NCBI GenBank assembly: GCA_016209275.1
Contig: JACQWM010000053.1
Span: 11,235-75,234, forward strand
Direction of reading: 5' to 3'
Source: Candidatus Omnitrophota bacterium
GTDB taxonomy: Bacteria > Omnitrophota > Gorgyraeia > Aquiviventales > Aquiviventaceae
Length of the DNA stretch: 64,000 nt
Below are positions 28,305 through 38,303 of the stretch, piece by piece. Made by a program: the position numbers and the translations under genes. The notes under the pieces are model-generated. The model was not told where the DNA came from. It worked only from the letters and a program-made list of their open reading frames with translations, and made no database searches. The first letter of the stretch is position 1; each line of letters starts with the position of its first letter.

Positions 28305-28703
28305 ATGACCATGATGACCCATCAGCCCCGCATCCTCGTGGTGGAGGATGACCCAGATGTGGCTTCAATGCTCGCGATCCGGCTGGTCGCGGCGCGCTAC
28401 GAGGCCCAAATTGTCCGCACCGGCGCGGTCGCGCTGGGCCGGCTCATGACCGAACGGCCGGATCTCGTGCTCCTGGACATTCAGCTGCCAGATATCAGCG
28501 GCTACACGGTCTGCGAAGAGCTGCGCCATCGGTATGAGCGGGGCACGCTGCCCGTCGTCATGTTCACCGTCTTGGATCGGCCGAGCGAGCAGCAGCGCGG
28601 GCTGGCGGCCGGGGCGGATGCGTACTTAAGCAAGCACGATAATATCGCCACCCTCCTGAAGACCATCGCCTTCCTCTTGTCCTCGCGGCCCGCCCCTGCC
28701 TGA
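28305..28703 (+). CDS. single-domain response regulator (CheY-like receiver)
   Basis: ILVVEDD...LVLLDIQLPDISG...AGADAYLSK receiver motifs. Confidence 0.75.
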   Translation: MTMMTHQPRILVVEDDPDVASMLAIRLVAARYEAQIVRTGAVALGRLMTERPDLVLLDIQLPDISGYTVCEELRHRYERGTLPVVMFTVLDRPSEQQRGLAAGADAYLSKHDNIATLLKTIAFLLSSRPAPA

Positions 28704-28745
28704 TTGGAGCTTGGCATTTAGCGGTTTTTTGCTAGACTCATCCTG

Positions 28746-30380
28746 ATGGATTCCCCATCGGCTCGTCGCATCGCGTGGTGGCTGCCGCCCATCCTCCTCT
28801 CGCTGGCCACCGCCTGGGCCTATCACAACAGCCTGCACGGGCCTTTTATTCTCGACGACACGCGGTGGATCATCGACAACCCCCAGGTGCGCAGCCTCTG
28901 GCGCATCGCGGATCCTCACGTGGCGGCGCCACTCGCCAAAAGCGTCGCCGGCCGGCCGCTGCTGACCCTTTCGCTGGCGCTCAATTACGCCCTCGGCGGC
29001 ACGAGCGTCGTGGGATATCACTTCGTCAATGTCCTCGCCCATCTCGCGGCTGGGCTGCTGCTGTTTGGGATCATCCGACGCACGCTCCGCAGCGCTGCGA
29101 TCGCCCTGGCAGCCGCACTCCTATGGCTGCTCCATCCGCTGCAGACGAGCAGTGTCACCTACGTCATCCAGCGGGCCGAAGTCCTCATGGGTCTGTGTTA
29201 CTTGGCGACGCTGTATGGCGTGATCCGAAGCGCGGCCTCGCCGCGCCCCAAGCGATGGTATGCCGTGTCCATCGCGGCCTGCGCGGCCGGCATGGCCGTG
29301 AAGGCCGTGATGGTGACCGCGCCGCTGATGATCTTGCTCTACGATGGTGTTTTTCTGTCAGGCTCGGTGCGCGAGGCCTGGCGTCGACGACGACCGGTGT
29401 ATCTGGGTTTGGGCGCGACCTGGATCTGGCTTGCCGCGCTCGTTATTACCGCGCAACACGGGGTGACGACTCCGACGGTGGCTTCGGCCCAGCAAGCGAG
29501 CCCGTTCGCCTACGGCGCCACACAGCTTGGCGTCATCCTGCATTATCTTCGGCTGGCCATCTGGCCCGCCGGCCTCTGTATCGATTACGACTGGCCGATG
29601 GCCGCGACGGCTGCCGACATCATCCCGCCGCTGGCGATGGTCGCAGTCCTTCTGGCGGCGACCGTGTGGGCGCTCATGTATCATCCTCGGATGGGGTATC
29701 TCGGGGCCTGGTGGTTTGTGATCCTCGCCCCCACATCCAGTATCATTCCGCTGGCGGATCTGGTCTTTGAGCATCGCCTGTATCTGCCGCTAGCCGCGGT
29801 CGTGCTGCTCATCGTGCTCGGGGCGGATGCCATTATGCGTCGCATGATTCCTGTTGTTGGCGCGCGCCGAGCGCTGGCCGTGCTGCTGGTGGGAAGTGCT
29901 GCCCTCGGGTTGGGGATCGCGACCCTCCATCGCAATGCGGTCTATCAGACCGAAGAGTCCATCTGGCGCGACGCCGTCGCCAAACAGCCCCGCAACGGCC
30001 GCGCGCACAATAACGTAGGCATTGCCCTCGGGAAGCAGGGCCGCTACGATGAGGCGGCGGAGCATTTTCTGATCGCCCTCTCGCGCGACCCCGCTAATAC
30101 GCAGCTCTACAACAACCTGGGCATTGTGCGGTCGCGCCAAGGCCGGAGTGATGAAGCGATCCGTTGGTATCAGAAAGCGCTGCAGCAGGACCCGGATGAT
30201 CCGAGCGTTCGCAATAATCTCGCGGTCCTGCTCGCCAAGCAGGGGAGATTTGACGACGCTCTCGCGCAGTATCGCGCAGCGCTGCGCGTCAATCCGGATG
30301 ATGTGGAGGCTCGCAAGAATTATGACGAGCTGACCCGCTGGCTGGCAGCGCAGAGGCCCTCAGGCCCAACGACGCCATGA
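28746..30380 (+). CDS. TMTC-like membrane protein: N-terminal polytopic DUF1736/PMT-like GT-C domain + C-terminal TPR repeats
   Basis: FILDDT..., AKSVAGRPLLTLSLALNYALGG..VGYHFVNVLAHL (matches the eukaryotic TMTC SYRPL...NY...GYH.VN motif); ~9 TM; TPR repeats at the C-terminus. Confidence 0.65.
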   Translation: MDSPSARRIAWWLPPILLSLATAWAYHNSLHGPFILDDTRWIIDNPQVRSLWRIADPHVAAPLAKSVAGRPLLTLSLALNYALGGTSVVGYHFVNVLAHLAAGLLLFGIIRRTLRSAAIALAAALLWLLHPLQTSSVTYVIQRAEVLMGLCYLATLYGVIRSAASPRPKRWYAVSIAACAAGMAVKAVMVTAPLMILLYDGVFLSGSVREAWRRRRPVYLGLGATWIWLAALVITAQHGVTTPTVASAQQASPFAYGATQLGVILHYLRLAIWPAGLCIDYDWPMAATAADIIPPLAMVAVLLAATVWALMYHPRMGYLGAWWFVILAPTSSIIPLADLVFEHRLYLPLAAVVLLIVLGADAIMRRMIPVVGARRALAVLLVGSAALGLGIATLHRNAVYQTEESIWRDAVAKQPRNGRAHNNVGIALGKQGRYDEAAEHFLIALSRDPANTQLYNNLGIVRSRQGRSDEAIRWYQKALQQDPDDPSVRNNLAVLLAKQGRFDDALAQYRAALRVNPDDVEARKNYDELTRWLAAQRPSGPTTP

Positions 30381-32224
30381 GCGCTCAGGTGATCCTGATC
30401 CTGCTCGCAGGCCTTGCGGCGTATGCGAACAGTTGTTCCGTGCCGTTTCTCTTCGATGATTTCAGCTCCATCGTCCACAATCCGCACCTGGCCCATCCGT
30501 GGTCGCCGGCGTTGTGGCTGACCGGGGGGCGGCCGATGACCGCGCTGTCATTCGCCATCAACTATGCCCTCGGAGGTTTTCAGGTGTGGGGGTATCATGC
30601 GGTCAATCTCGCCTTGCATCTTGCGGCTGCCCTCACCCTCTATGGCGTGATCCGGCGAACGTTGCAGACATCGCTGCTGCGCCCTCGATGGAAGCAGGAA
30701 GCCGCAGGCACCGCCTTCGCCGTGTCGCTGTTGTGGACCGTGCATCCGTTGCAGACCGAAAGCGTCACGTATATCGTTCAGCGGGGCGAATCGCTCATGG
30801 GCTTCTTCTACCTGGCGACCCTCTACGCGTTCATTCGGGGTGCAGCGACCCGTCGTTCGGCGTGGCGCAACATTTCGGTCATCGCCTGCGCGTTGGGGAT
30901 GCTCTCCAAACCGGTGATGATGACCGCCCCCGTGGCCGTGTGGCTCTATGACGCATTGTTGCTCTCACCCGGCTGGCTGGCGGCGTTGCGCCAGCGTCGA
31001 GGCTACTACCTCAGCCTCGCGGCCACATGGCTGCTCGGTCTTTTCTGCCTCTGGTTGGCGAGAGAGCAAGAGCTCGCCCGGCCTCATTCACAACTCGGCT
31101 CCATGCCGCTGGCGGCCACCCCGTTGGCGTATGCCGCGACACAACCCGGCGTCATTCTCCAGTATCTTCGGCTTGCCGTCTGGCCGCACCCGTTGGTGCT
31201 CGATTACCTCTGGCCGCTCGCGACCACGACGGCAGCCATCGTGTGGCCCAGCGCGGCGATCGGCATCTTCGTGATGGTGACAATCGTGGCGTTGATCCAG
31301 CGTCGGCCGATCGGGATGCTCGGCGCGTGGATCATCCTCACCCTGGCTCCCAGCTCCAGCGTCATCCCCATCAGAGATCTCGCGGCGGAGCACCGGATGT
31401 ATCTGCCGCTGGCCGCGGTGATTGCCTTCGCGGTGTTCACGGCATGGTGGCTCATCGGCCGGACTGTCAAGGGGCCGGCCGAACAACGCCGGCTCGCCAT
31501 CGGTCTCGTGATCGGCATCGCGGCGATCTTCACCGGCCTGACCATGCGGCGCAATGCGGATTATCGCAGCGAGTTGAGCATGTGGCAGGACATCATCGCG
31601 AAGCGGCCCCAGAATTTCCGAGCCCAGAACACGCTTGGCTCAGAGCTGCTACATCTTGGCCGGCGCGCAGAGGCGGTGAGCCATTTTGAGGCGGCGATTC
31701 GGCTGAAGCCCGACTATGTCGAGGCCTACTATAATCTCGGCTTAGCCCGGATGCTGCTCGGGCAGGCGGAGGCGGCCAAGGCGGCATTCCATCGCGCGCT
31801 TGAGCTGAAACCGGATTTGCCTGATGCGTATCATAATCTGGGTGTCGCACTGGCTGGCGAGGGTGATTTGGCTGGGGCAGAGGCCAATTACCGCGAAGCG
31901 CTGCGGTTGTTACAACAGGAGAAAGAAGCGCCCCCGGTGGCTGGTGTACGCTGGGTGTCTCGCGGGGACGAGCTGATGACGCATCTCGCCCTCGGCGCCG
32001 TCCTGGCTCGGCAGGGTCGATTCGAGGAAGCCGCGGCCGAGCTGCAAGCCGTGGTGCGGATCGCGCCCAATGACCCGAATGCCCACTACAATCTCGGCAA
32101 CGTGTATGTTGAGCAGGGGCGGCTGGAGGACGCCATCGCCGAGTACCGCGCGACTCTTCGCCTCGATCCGCAGCATCCCCAGGCGAAAGCGAACCTTGAC
32201 CTCGCCCTCGCCCGCGTGCCATGA
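30377..32224 (+). CDS. TMTC-like membrane protein paralog (DUF1736/PMT-like + TPR)
   Basis: Tandem paralog of the previous gene (AINYALGGFQVWGYHAVNLALHL); ATGA coupling; longer TPR region. Confidence 0.65.
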   Translation: MSAQVILILLAGLAAYANSCSVPFLFDDFSSIVHNPHLAHPWSPALWLTGGRPMTALSFAINYALGGFQVWGYHAVNLALHLAAALTLYGVIRRTLQTSLLRPRWKQEAAGTAFAVSLLWTVHPLQTESVTYIVQRGESLMGFFYLATLYAFIRGAATRRSAWRNISVIACALGMLSKPVMMTAPVAVWLYDALLLSPGWLAALRQRRGYYLSLAATWLLGLFCLWLAREQELARPHSQLGSMPLAATPLAYAATQPGVILQYLRLAVWPHPLVLDYLWPLATTTAAIVWPSAAIGIFVMVTIVALIQRRPIGMLGAWIILTLAPSSSVIPIRDLAAEHRMYLPLAAVIAFAVFTAWWLIGRTVKGPAEQRRLAIGLVIGIAAIFTGLTMRRNADYRSELSMWQDIIAKRPQNFRAQNTLGSELLHLGRRAEAVSHFEAAIRLKPDYVEAYYNLGLARMLLGQAEAAKAAFHRALELKPDLPDAYHNLGVALAGEGDLAGAEANYREALRLLQQEKEAPPVAGVRWVSRGDELMTHLALGAVLARQGRFEEAAAELQAVVRIAPNDPNAHYNLGNVYVEQGRLEDAIAEYRATLRLDPQHPQAKANLDLALARVP

Positions 32225-32236
32225 TGAACTGCGTCG

Positions 32237-33664
32237 ATGTCTTTTAACACGCTAGAATTCGCCGTCTTTTTTATCGTGGTGTACGGGCTGTACTGTGGCT
32301 TAGGCCACCGGTGGCAAAACCTCATGCTGCTCGTGGCCAGTTATGTTTTTTACGGCGCCTGGGATTGGCGATTTCTCGGCTTGCTCTTGATTTCAACCGT
32401 CTTGGATTTTTTCTGTGGCCTGGGCATCCATGGAGCCCACTCGGCGCGGATCAAGCGCATGGTGTTGGGTCTGAGCGTGGCTGGGAACCTCGCCATCCTG
32501 GGGTTCTTCAAGTATTTCAATTTCTTCGCGGGGTCATTCGAGAGCCTCCTCGCATCCGTCGGATGGACGGTGCATCCTCACACGCTGCAGATCATCTTAC
32601 CGGTTGGCATTTCGTTCTATACGTTCCAGACGATGAGTTACACCATCGACGTCTACCGGGGTCAGCTTCAGCCCACGCGCCGATTTCTTGATTTTGCGCT
32701 GTTCGTGACGTTCTTTCCACAGCTCGTCGCCGGTCCCATTGAGCGGGCGAAAAACCTCCTCCCGCAGGTGCTTGCGCCGCGCACGCTGAGTCTGGAACGT
32801 TTTGAGGAAGGGTGTTTCCTCATCCTGTGGGGCTATCTGCAGAAGGTTCTGGTGGCCGACTCGCTGGCCCAATTCGTCGATCCGGTGTTCACCGCGGGCT
32901 CGCCTGCGAGCGGACCGGTCGTGCTCATCGCCGCGTACGCGTTCGCCTTTCAGATTTACTGCGATTTCGCGGGGTATTCGAACATCGCCCGCGGGCTCGG
33001 CAAATGCATGGGCTTCGAGTTGATGGCGAATTTCAATTTGCCGTATCTCGCCACCAATCCGAGGGAGTTCTGGAACCGGTGGCACATCAGCCTCTCGACA
33101 TGGCTGAGGGACTATCTCTACATCCCGCTGGGAGGCGGCCGTGGGCACGCGCTGACGATATTCAGAAACCTGGCGGTGACCATGCTCCTCGGCGGATTAT
33201 GGCACGGCGCTTCGTGGACCTTTGTGGTCTGGGGGGCGTATCATGGCGGCCTGCTGATTGCGCACCGGCTGGTAGAACCCGCCAGGCAAGCACTCTCAAC
33301 CGACAAGAGGTCGTTTCCTGGCATGGTGTGGCAGGTGGTGAACATGGTGGTGTTCTTCCATTTGGTCTGCATCGGGTGGGTGATCTTCCGGGCGCCGTCA
33401 ATCAGCGCGGCTTGGGAGTTGCTCACTCGAATGGCATTGCAGGTGAACGCGCGGGATCTCTGGCAGGCTATGATGGCGCAGCGCTGGTTGGGGTGGCTCG
33501 CGCTCTTTGCTGTGGTGGAGTACAGCCAGTTCAGGCGCGGGGACCGTCCGGCGATCCTGGCACGGCATCCACTGCTCCGAACAGCCGGCTATATGCTCGT
33601 CTTCTATGTGACCATGTTCTTCGGCGCGACCGCGGGGAAGCCGTTCATCTATTTTCAATTTTAA
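32237..33664 (+). CDS. MBOAT family membrane-bound O-acyltransferase (AlgI/DltB-like)
   Basis: MBOAT conserved region WHISLSTWLRDYLYIPLGG and catalytic-region His (WHGASW). Confidence 0.8.
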   Translation: MSFNTLEFAVFFIVVYGLYCGLGHRWQNLMLLVASYVFYGAWDWRFLGLLLISTVLDFFCGLGIHGAHSARIKRMVLGLSVAGNLAILGFFKYFNFFAGSFESLLASVGWTVHPHTLQIILPVGISFYTFQTMSYTIDVYRGQLQPTRRFLDFALFVTFFPQLVAGPIERAKNLLPQVLAPRTLSLERFEEGCFLILWGYLQKVLVADSLAQFVDPVFTAGSPASGPVVLIAAYAFAFQIYCDFAGYSNIARGLGKCMGFELMANFNLPYLATNPREFWNRWHISLSTWLRDYLYIPLGGGRGHALTIFRNLAVTMLLGGLWHGASWTFVVWGAYHGGLLIAHRLVEPARQALSTDKRSFPGMVWQVVNMVVFFHLVCIGWVIFRAPSISAAWELLTRMALQVNARDLWQAMMAQRWLGWLALFAVVEYSQFRRGDRPAILARHPLLRTAGYMLVFYVTMFFGATAGKPFIYFQF

Positions 33665-33781
33665 CCGGGGCAGGAGAAGTCCATTTCCGAAGAGCGCACG
33701 TCGTTAACGCCAGAGCACATCGCGTTTATCCAGGCCAACTGGAAGACGGCCAGCTGCCGCCAAATCGCGAAGCACCTCAAC

Positions 33782-34954
33782 GTGCCGCGCTCCGACGTGG
33801 CGGAGGCCATCCAGGCTTTGCAGCGCGTCCAGCGCGCTCGATGGCGCGGGGCGAGCGGCTCGCAACTGGCCATCACGCTCTTCTTGAGCCTGACGGTCGT
33901 GCCGGCACTCATCGGGAAACTCGTGATTCCGCTGGAGTGGTACGCCTTTCGATGCTGGGAAGTGATGGTGGATCAGCGGCCCGCTGGGGCCAGACCGGGA
34001 TGGTGGTATCCCAACCAGGTGCTGCAGAAGCTGGAGCACGACGATTTGGTGCCACGCACGCGGTATTCGAAGCCGCGGAATGTGGTGTGGTACACGGATG
34101 CGTACGGCTACCGGAATCGTCCGCGGCCGGGGAACGAGCCCATCGACATCGTGGTGATCGGTGATTCAGAAATCGTCGGCTCATCGATGACGCAGGACGA
34201 CATCCTTTCAGAGGTGTTGGAGCGCATGACCGGCCGCCCGGTGTACGCATATGCCCCGGCGTACTTCGGCAAATTCGTGGAGGATCCGCGGTTTCAACAG
34301 CGCCCGCCAAAGGTCGTCGTGTTTTCCTTCATGGAACGGTCCGTGGCTTGGCGGTTGGTACCCCTCGGCGTCCCATATCCTGGTCGCGTGCGGGTTGGCG
34401 GCCCACCGAACCCGTACAGGCTACTTCCGGCACGCGCGCAGATCGCGTGGGACAAGATTCGGAAGAAACCGTTTCTCGTTTCGCATCTGATCCGTCGAAT
34501 CACCGGGCGTCATCCTCTAGGGCTCTCGGTGATCAAGAGCAACCAGTCTGATATGTTTTTCTTCCGCGATGATCTTGCGGCGATCGGCTACCACCAGCAG
34601 CATCCAGAGGACATCGACAGGACCGTGCGGGTGATTCGCCAGTATCATCACGCCATGGCGATGCGGGGCGTACAGTTTCTCTTCGTGGGAAATCCGAGCA
34701 AGGAGATCGTCTATTGGGATTTGGTCCCGCCGGAATATCGGCGAGGCCTTCGCCCCCCGGATTTTTTCACGCAGCTGCTCCCCAAACTGGAAGCGGCTGG
34801 CGTGCCCACACTGGATTTGCGCCAGGTGTATCGCGAGGCTGGCGTGCCTCAGGGCGAACTCGTCTTTCACCTGGGGAATACACATTGGAATCCGCACGGC
34901 GTGCGCCTGGCGGCGAAGGCGATTGCGGAACGTCTTACCCCCTGGCTGGAATAG
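33782..34954 (+). CDS. membrane-anchored SGNH/GDSL-like partner of MBOAT (AlgX/AlgJ/DltD-like)
   Basis: Signal-anchor TM then IDIVVIGDSE (GDS block); adjacency to MBOAT. GTG start; the in-frame upstream region 33665-33781 has no stop but no canonical start. Confidence 0.45.
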   Translation: MPRSDVAEAIQALQRVQRARWRGASGSQLAITLFLSLTVVPALIGKLVIPLEWYAFRCWEVMVDQRPAGARPGWWYPNQVLQKLEHDDLVPRTRYSKPRNVVWYTDAYGYRNRPRPGNEPIDIVVIGDSEIVGSSMTQDDILSEVLERMTGRPVYAYAPAYFGKFVEDPRFQQRPPKVVVFSFMERSVAWRLVPLGVPYPGRVRVGGPPNPYRLLPARAQIAWDKIRKKPFLVSHLIRRITGRHPLGLSVIKSNQSDMFFFRDDLAAIGYHQQHPEDIDRTVRVIRQYHHAMAMRGVQFLFVGNPSKEIVYWDLVPPEYRRGLRPPDFFTQLLPKLEAAGVPTLDLRQVYREAGVPQGELVFHLGNTHWNPHGVRLAAKAIAERLTPWLE

Positions 34955-35016
34955 GACAGCCCCGGTGAGTGAGCGTCACCGACGCGATCGCCGCATCCGC
35001 CGATCCTGCCGCGCGG

Positions 35017-35409
35017 CTACGCCAGCGTCACTTCTCCGAGCAGGAGCGTGACCGTTTTCAGCAGCTCCATCGGCTCAAACGGCTTGGTCATGTAGGCATC
35101 GGCCCCGAAGGCATAGCCGCGCAATTGGTCGATGGGCTTATCCATGGCTGTCAACATCAGAATCGGCACTTCCCACGGATGGCACAGCTTCCGCAGCTGC
35201 TTGCACACTTCATACCCGGTGATATCGGGCAGCCGCAAATCCAAAATCACCAGGTCTGGCCGATGCTCCGCCACATAGCTCAGCGCCGGCTTGCCGGCGT
35301 GCTCGGCATGGACCTCGAACCCGGAAGATTCCAAGTGCCATTTCACCAAGCTCGCGAGCGACGTTTCATCCTCCACAATCAAAATCTGTTTGCGATGGGC
35401 CATCATCAC
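35017..35409 (-). CDS. single-domain response regulator (CheY-like receiver)
   Basis: ILIVEDE...LVILDLRLPDITG...FGADAYMTKP. Confidence 0.75.
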   Translation of the reverse strand: MMMAHRKQILIVEDETSLASLVKWHLESSGFEVHAEHAGKPALSYVAEHRPDLVILDLRLPDITGYEVCKQLRKLCHPWEVPILMLTAMDKPIDQLRGYAFGADAYMTKPFEPMELLKTVTLLLGEVTLA

Positions 35410-35801
35410 CGATGCGCCTCCTTCCCTTGAGAGAGCTTCGCCTCCACACTGCTCAAGAGCTCCTCCATGCTGACAGGCTTCGCCAGAAAGAAATTTCCCC
35501 CGATATAGCCGCCGGTGTCTCGCGCCTCCTCTTTCGAGACGACGGCGGTCAGAAAGACGATCGGGATGGCGTTCAGCGTGGCATGTTCCCGGAGCTGCGC
35601 GCCGATTGCCGCGCCATCCGCATCGGGCATGATGATATCCAGCAGGATCAGGTCCGGGTGAAACGCCTCGGCCTCGGCGAGCGCCCGCGCTCCCTCGTTG
35701 ACCTCTCGGACCTCATACCGGCCCGCTTGCTCCAGGTTCAACCGGAGCAGCCGCGTGAAACTTGGTTCGTCATCGATGATCAGGATCCGTTCTTTGCCCA
35801 T
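35406..35801 (-). CDS. single-domain response regulator (CheY-like receiver)
   Basis: ILIIDDE...LILLDIIMPDADG; overlaps the neighbouring gene. Confidence 0.75.
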   Translation of the reverse strand: MGKERILIIDDEPSFTRLLRLNLEQAGRYEVREVNEGARALAEAEAFHPDLILLDIIMPDADGAAIGAQLREHATLNAIPIVFLTAVVSKEEARDTGGYIGGNFFLAKPVSMEELLSSVEAKLSQGKEAHR

Positions 35802-38113
35802 CGGCCATCACCTCCTTCGTCATGATCGGCTTTCAGCACAATCGTTGCGCGCGCCCCGCCTTCCGGCCGGTTCTTCACCGTGATCATTCCGCCGTGCAAC
35901 CGGATGATCGTTTTGGTCACCGCCAGGCCCAGCCCGGTGCCCTTGCCGGTGGGCTTCGTCGTGAAAAAAGGATCGAAGAGCTTCAGCAGGTGGACATCGG
36001 GGATCCCCACCCCCGTGTCATCGACTTCGACCATGACTACGGCATCTCCCGCGGCAAACACGCCGGTGTCGCGATGCCCCACACCGTCGGAGGCCTCGGG
36101 CAACGTTGTCTGATACGTGCGGATGGACAGCGTGCCTCCCTCAGGCATCGCATCGATGCTATTCATGAAGAGGTTGACGAAGACTTGCTCGAGTTTGGTC
36201 TGATCGCGCCTCACCATCGGCAGGCGCGGCTCAAAAGAGGTCGCCACGCGGACATGCTGCTTGTCCAGCGCATGCCGGACCAGGAGCAGGGCCTGTTCAA
36301 TAGTGGCATTGAGGTCGCCGGCCTCCAGGTTTACCTCAGTCGGCGCGGAGAAATCCAGCAATCCTTTAATGACCCGATCCGCCCGCCAGGCGGCTTGGTT
36401 CAAATCCTGCAGGACGACGCCGACATGCGGCCCGTTGCCCTGCACGTGTCGTGAGAGATAGTCGATGCCCATCACCATAATCGCGAGCGGATTTTTCACC
36501 TCATGCGCCACGCCGGCGGCCAGGCGGCCGACGGATTCGAACTTCGCCGCTTGAATCAATCGCAACTGGGCTTCTTGCAGCTCCTGGTTCGCTCGCCGAT
36601 ACTTGGCCAGCGTTTGCAATAATTCCTCCTGCTGCTCCTTGAGCAATGTGTTGGTTTGCTCCAGCTGGATGGCCGCGCGCTTGCGTTCCGTGATATCGCG
36701 GATAATGGCGGTGACGAATCGTCCTTCCTGGGTCATCCAGCTCGCCAGGGATAATTCCAGCGGAAATTCCATCCCATTCTTTCGTTGGCCGGCCAGCTCG
36801 ATGGTTCTCCCCATGACCCGGGCTTCCCCCGTCTTCAGAAACCGGTTGAAGCCTTGTTGATGCGCCTCATGGAATCGCTGCGGCATCAGCAGGGTCAGCG
36901 GCTGGCCCAGCGCCTCCTGCGGCGCATACCCAAACATCGCTTCAGCGCCCTTGTTCCATGCGATCATGTTCCCCGCGTGATCGGCAGAAATGATGGCATC
37001 TTGCGCGGATTCCACGACCGCCCGCAACCGTTCTTCGCTGGTGCGCAGCGCATGCTGGATGAGCTTGCGTTCGGTGATATCGAGGAGGACGTAGACCGTT
37101 CCGGCCCGAGTCCCCCGCGGATCCATGATGGTGGCGGCCGAGACGCTCACGTCGACTGGTTCCCCAGGCTTGGTTCGGCAGACCATCTCGCGATCCCGAA
37201 TGATGGCTTGCTCGGTGAGATGCGCCATGGGCATGGCGCGTTCAAGCGACGTTTCAAACAGCCTGGTAATCGGCTGGCCGATGAGTTCAGCAGGCGAGTA
37301 GCCCAGCAGTTCACTGACGGCGCGATTGGCGACGCGGACGTCGCCCTCCATATCGACGACGAGGACGCCTCCGTTCATCGTCTCCAAAATTTGGCTCGTT
37401 GCAAACTGCGGTGTCAGATCGACGAGCCGGTACCGCCAAATCGCCCGCGCGACCAGGCCGAGGAAGATCAGCACTGGCACATACCCGAACGGGTAGGCTG
37501 GGAGCCCAAATTTGGCCAGATAATCCCAGGTGCCGAGATAGAGAATGCCGAACGCGCCCAAAAATGTCCGGCTGCGTTGCCACCGCGCCGTGCCTGGTCG
37601 CGCCTGGCGGTATTCCACCCAATACAACCGCAGGCTCATGACGAGCATGCCGAAGAAAAAGGTCAAGTAGGAGACGCTGAGCCATCCATACCGCGGGTAA
37701 TAGCCCCACCGGTACTGATAGAGCCCGCCAATCAGGGCATCGGTGCTGACGATGGCTGAGGCAAACGACACCGCGAGGAACCAACCGAGCCAAAGGATCA
37801 CCCGGTTTTCTCGATACATCCCCAACGAGACGGCGGCAAAATGGCTGACGGCGACCGGGATGAGCGGAATGGTGAGATACGCAGTTTTCGCCCACCACAA
37901 GGCCATGTCGACATCAGCCGCGCCATACATGTGGGAAAACGCGAAGAGCCACCAGCCGATCGTCGCGCTCATCAGCAGAAACAGCAGGCTGACGACGGAG
38001 GCGCGTTCGCGAATGACGACCGCCAACGCCAACCCGAAGGCGGCGAACGCGGTCAGGCTTGTGGCAGCAGCCAGAGGTTGATCCATAGTGTCAGCCAACA
38101 AAAGACCCTTCAC
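35780..38113 (-). CDS. hybrid-architecture sensor histidine kinase: N-terminal multi-TM sensor + 3 PAS + HisKA + HATPase_c
   Basis: ~8 TM N-terminal; PAS repeats; H-box AHEVKNPL; G-box GTGLGLAV. Confidence 0.8.
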   Translation of the reverse strand: MKGLLLADTMDQPLAAATSLTAFAAFGLALAVVIRERASVVSLLFLLMSATIGWWLFAFSHMYGAADVDMALWWAKTAYLTIPLIPVAVSHFAAVSLGMYRENRVILWLGWFLAVSFASAIVSTDALIGGLYQYRWGYYPRYGWLSVSYLTFFFGMLVMSLRLYWVEYRQARPGTARWQRSRTFLGAFGILYLGTWDYLAKFGLPAYPFGYVPVLIFLGLVARAIWRYRLVDLTPQFATSQILETMNGGVLVVDMEGDVRVANRAVSELLGYSPAELIGQPITRLFETSLERAMPMAHLTEQAIIRDREMVCRTKPGEPVDVSVSAATIMDPRGTRAGTVYVLLDITERKLIQHALRTSEERLRAVVESAQDAIISADHAGNMIAWNKGAEAMFGYAPQEALGQPLTLLMPQRFHEAHQQGFNRFLKTGEARVMGRTIELAGQRKNGMEFPLELSLASWMTQEGRFVTAIIRDITERKRAAIQLEQTNTLLKEQQEELLQTLAKYRRANQELQEAQLRLIQAAKFESVGRLAAGVAHEVKNPLAIMVMGIDYLSRHVQGNGPHVGVVLQDLNQAAWRADRVIKGLLDFSAPTEVNLEAGDLNATIEQALLLVRHALDKQHVRVATSFEPRLPMVRRDQTKLEQVFVNLFMNSIDAMPEGGTLSIRTYQTTLPEASDGVGHRDTGVFAAGDAVVMVEVDDTGVGIPDVHLLKLFDPFFTTKPTGKGTGLGLAVTKTIIRLHGGMITVKNRPEGGARATIVLKADHDEGGDGRWAKNGS

Positions 38114-38303
38114 CTCAATGAAGCGAAGGGCATCGCCGACGCTGTCTTCGGCAACCCAGCTGCCCTGTCGCTTCTTGAAGTGCGGGCCTATGGTTTTGCG
38201 TCCCCGGTTTTCGCGGGGTTTGCTCGTTCGGACAGGTCGTGCACGATAACTACATGTTCTATATCATATTTTTTGCCTTCGTTTCAAGGTATACTCTAGA
38301 TTT

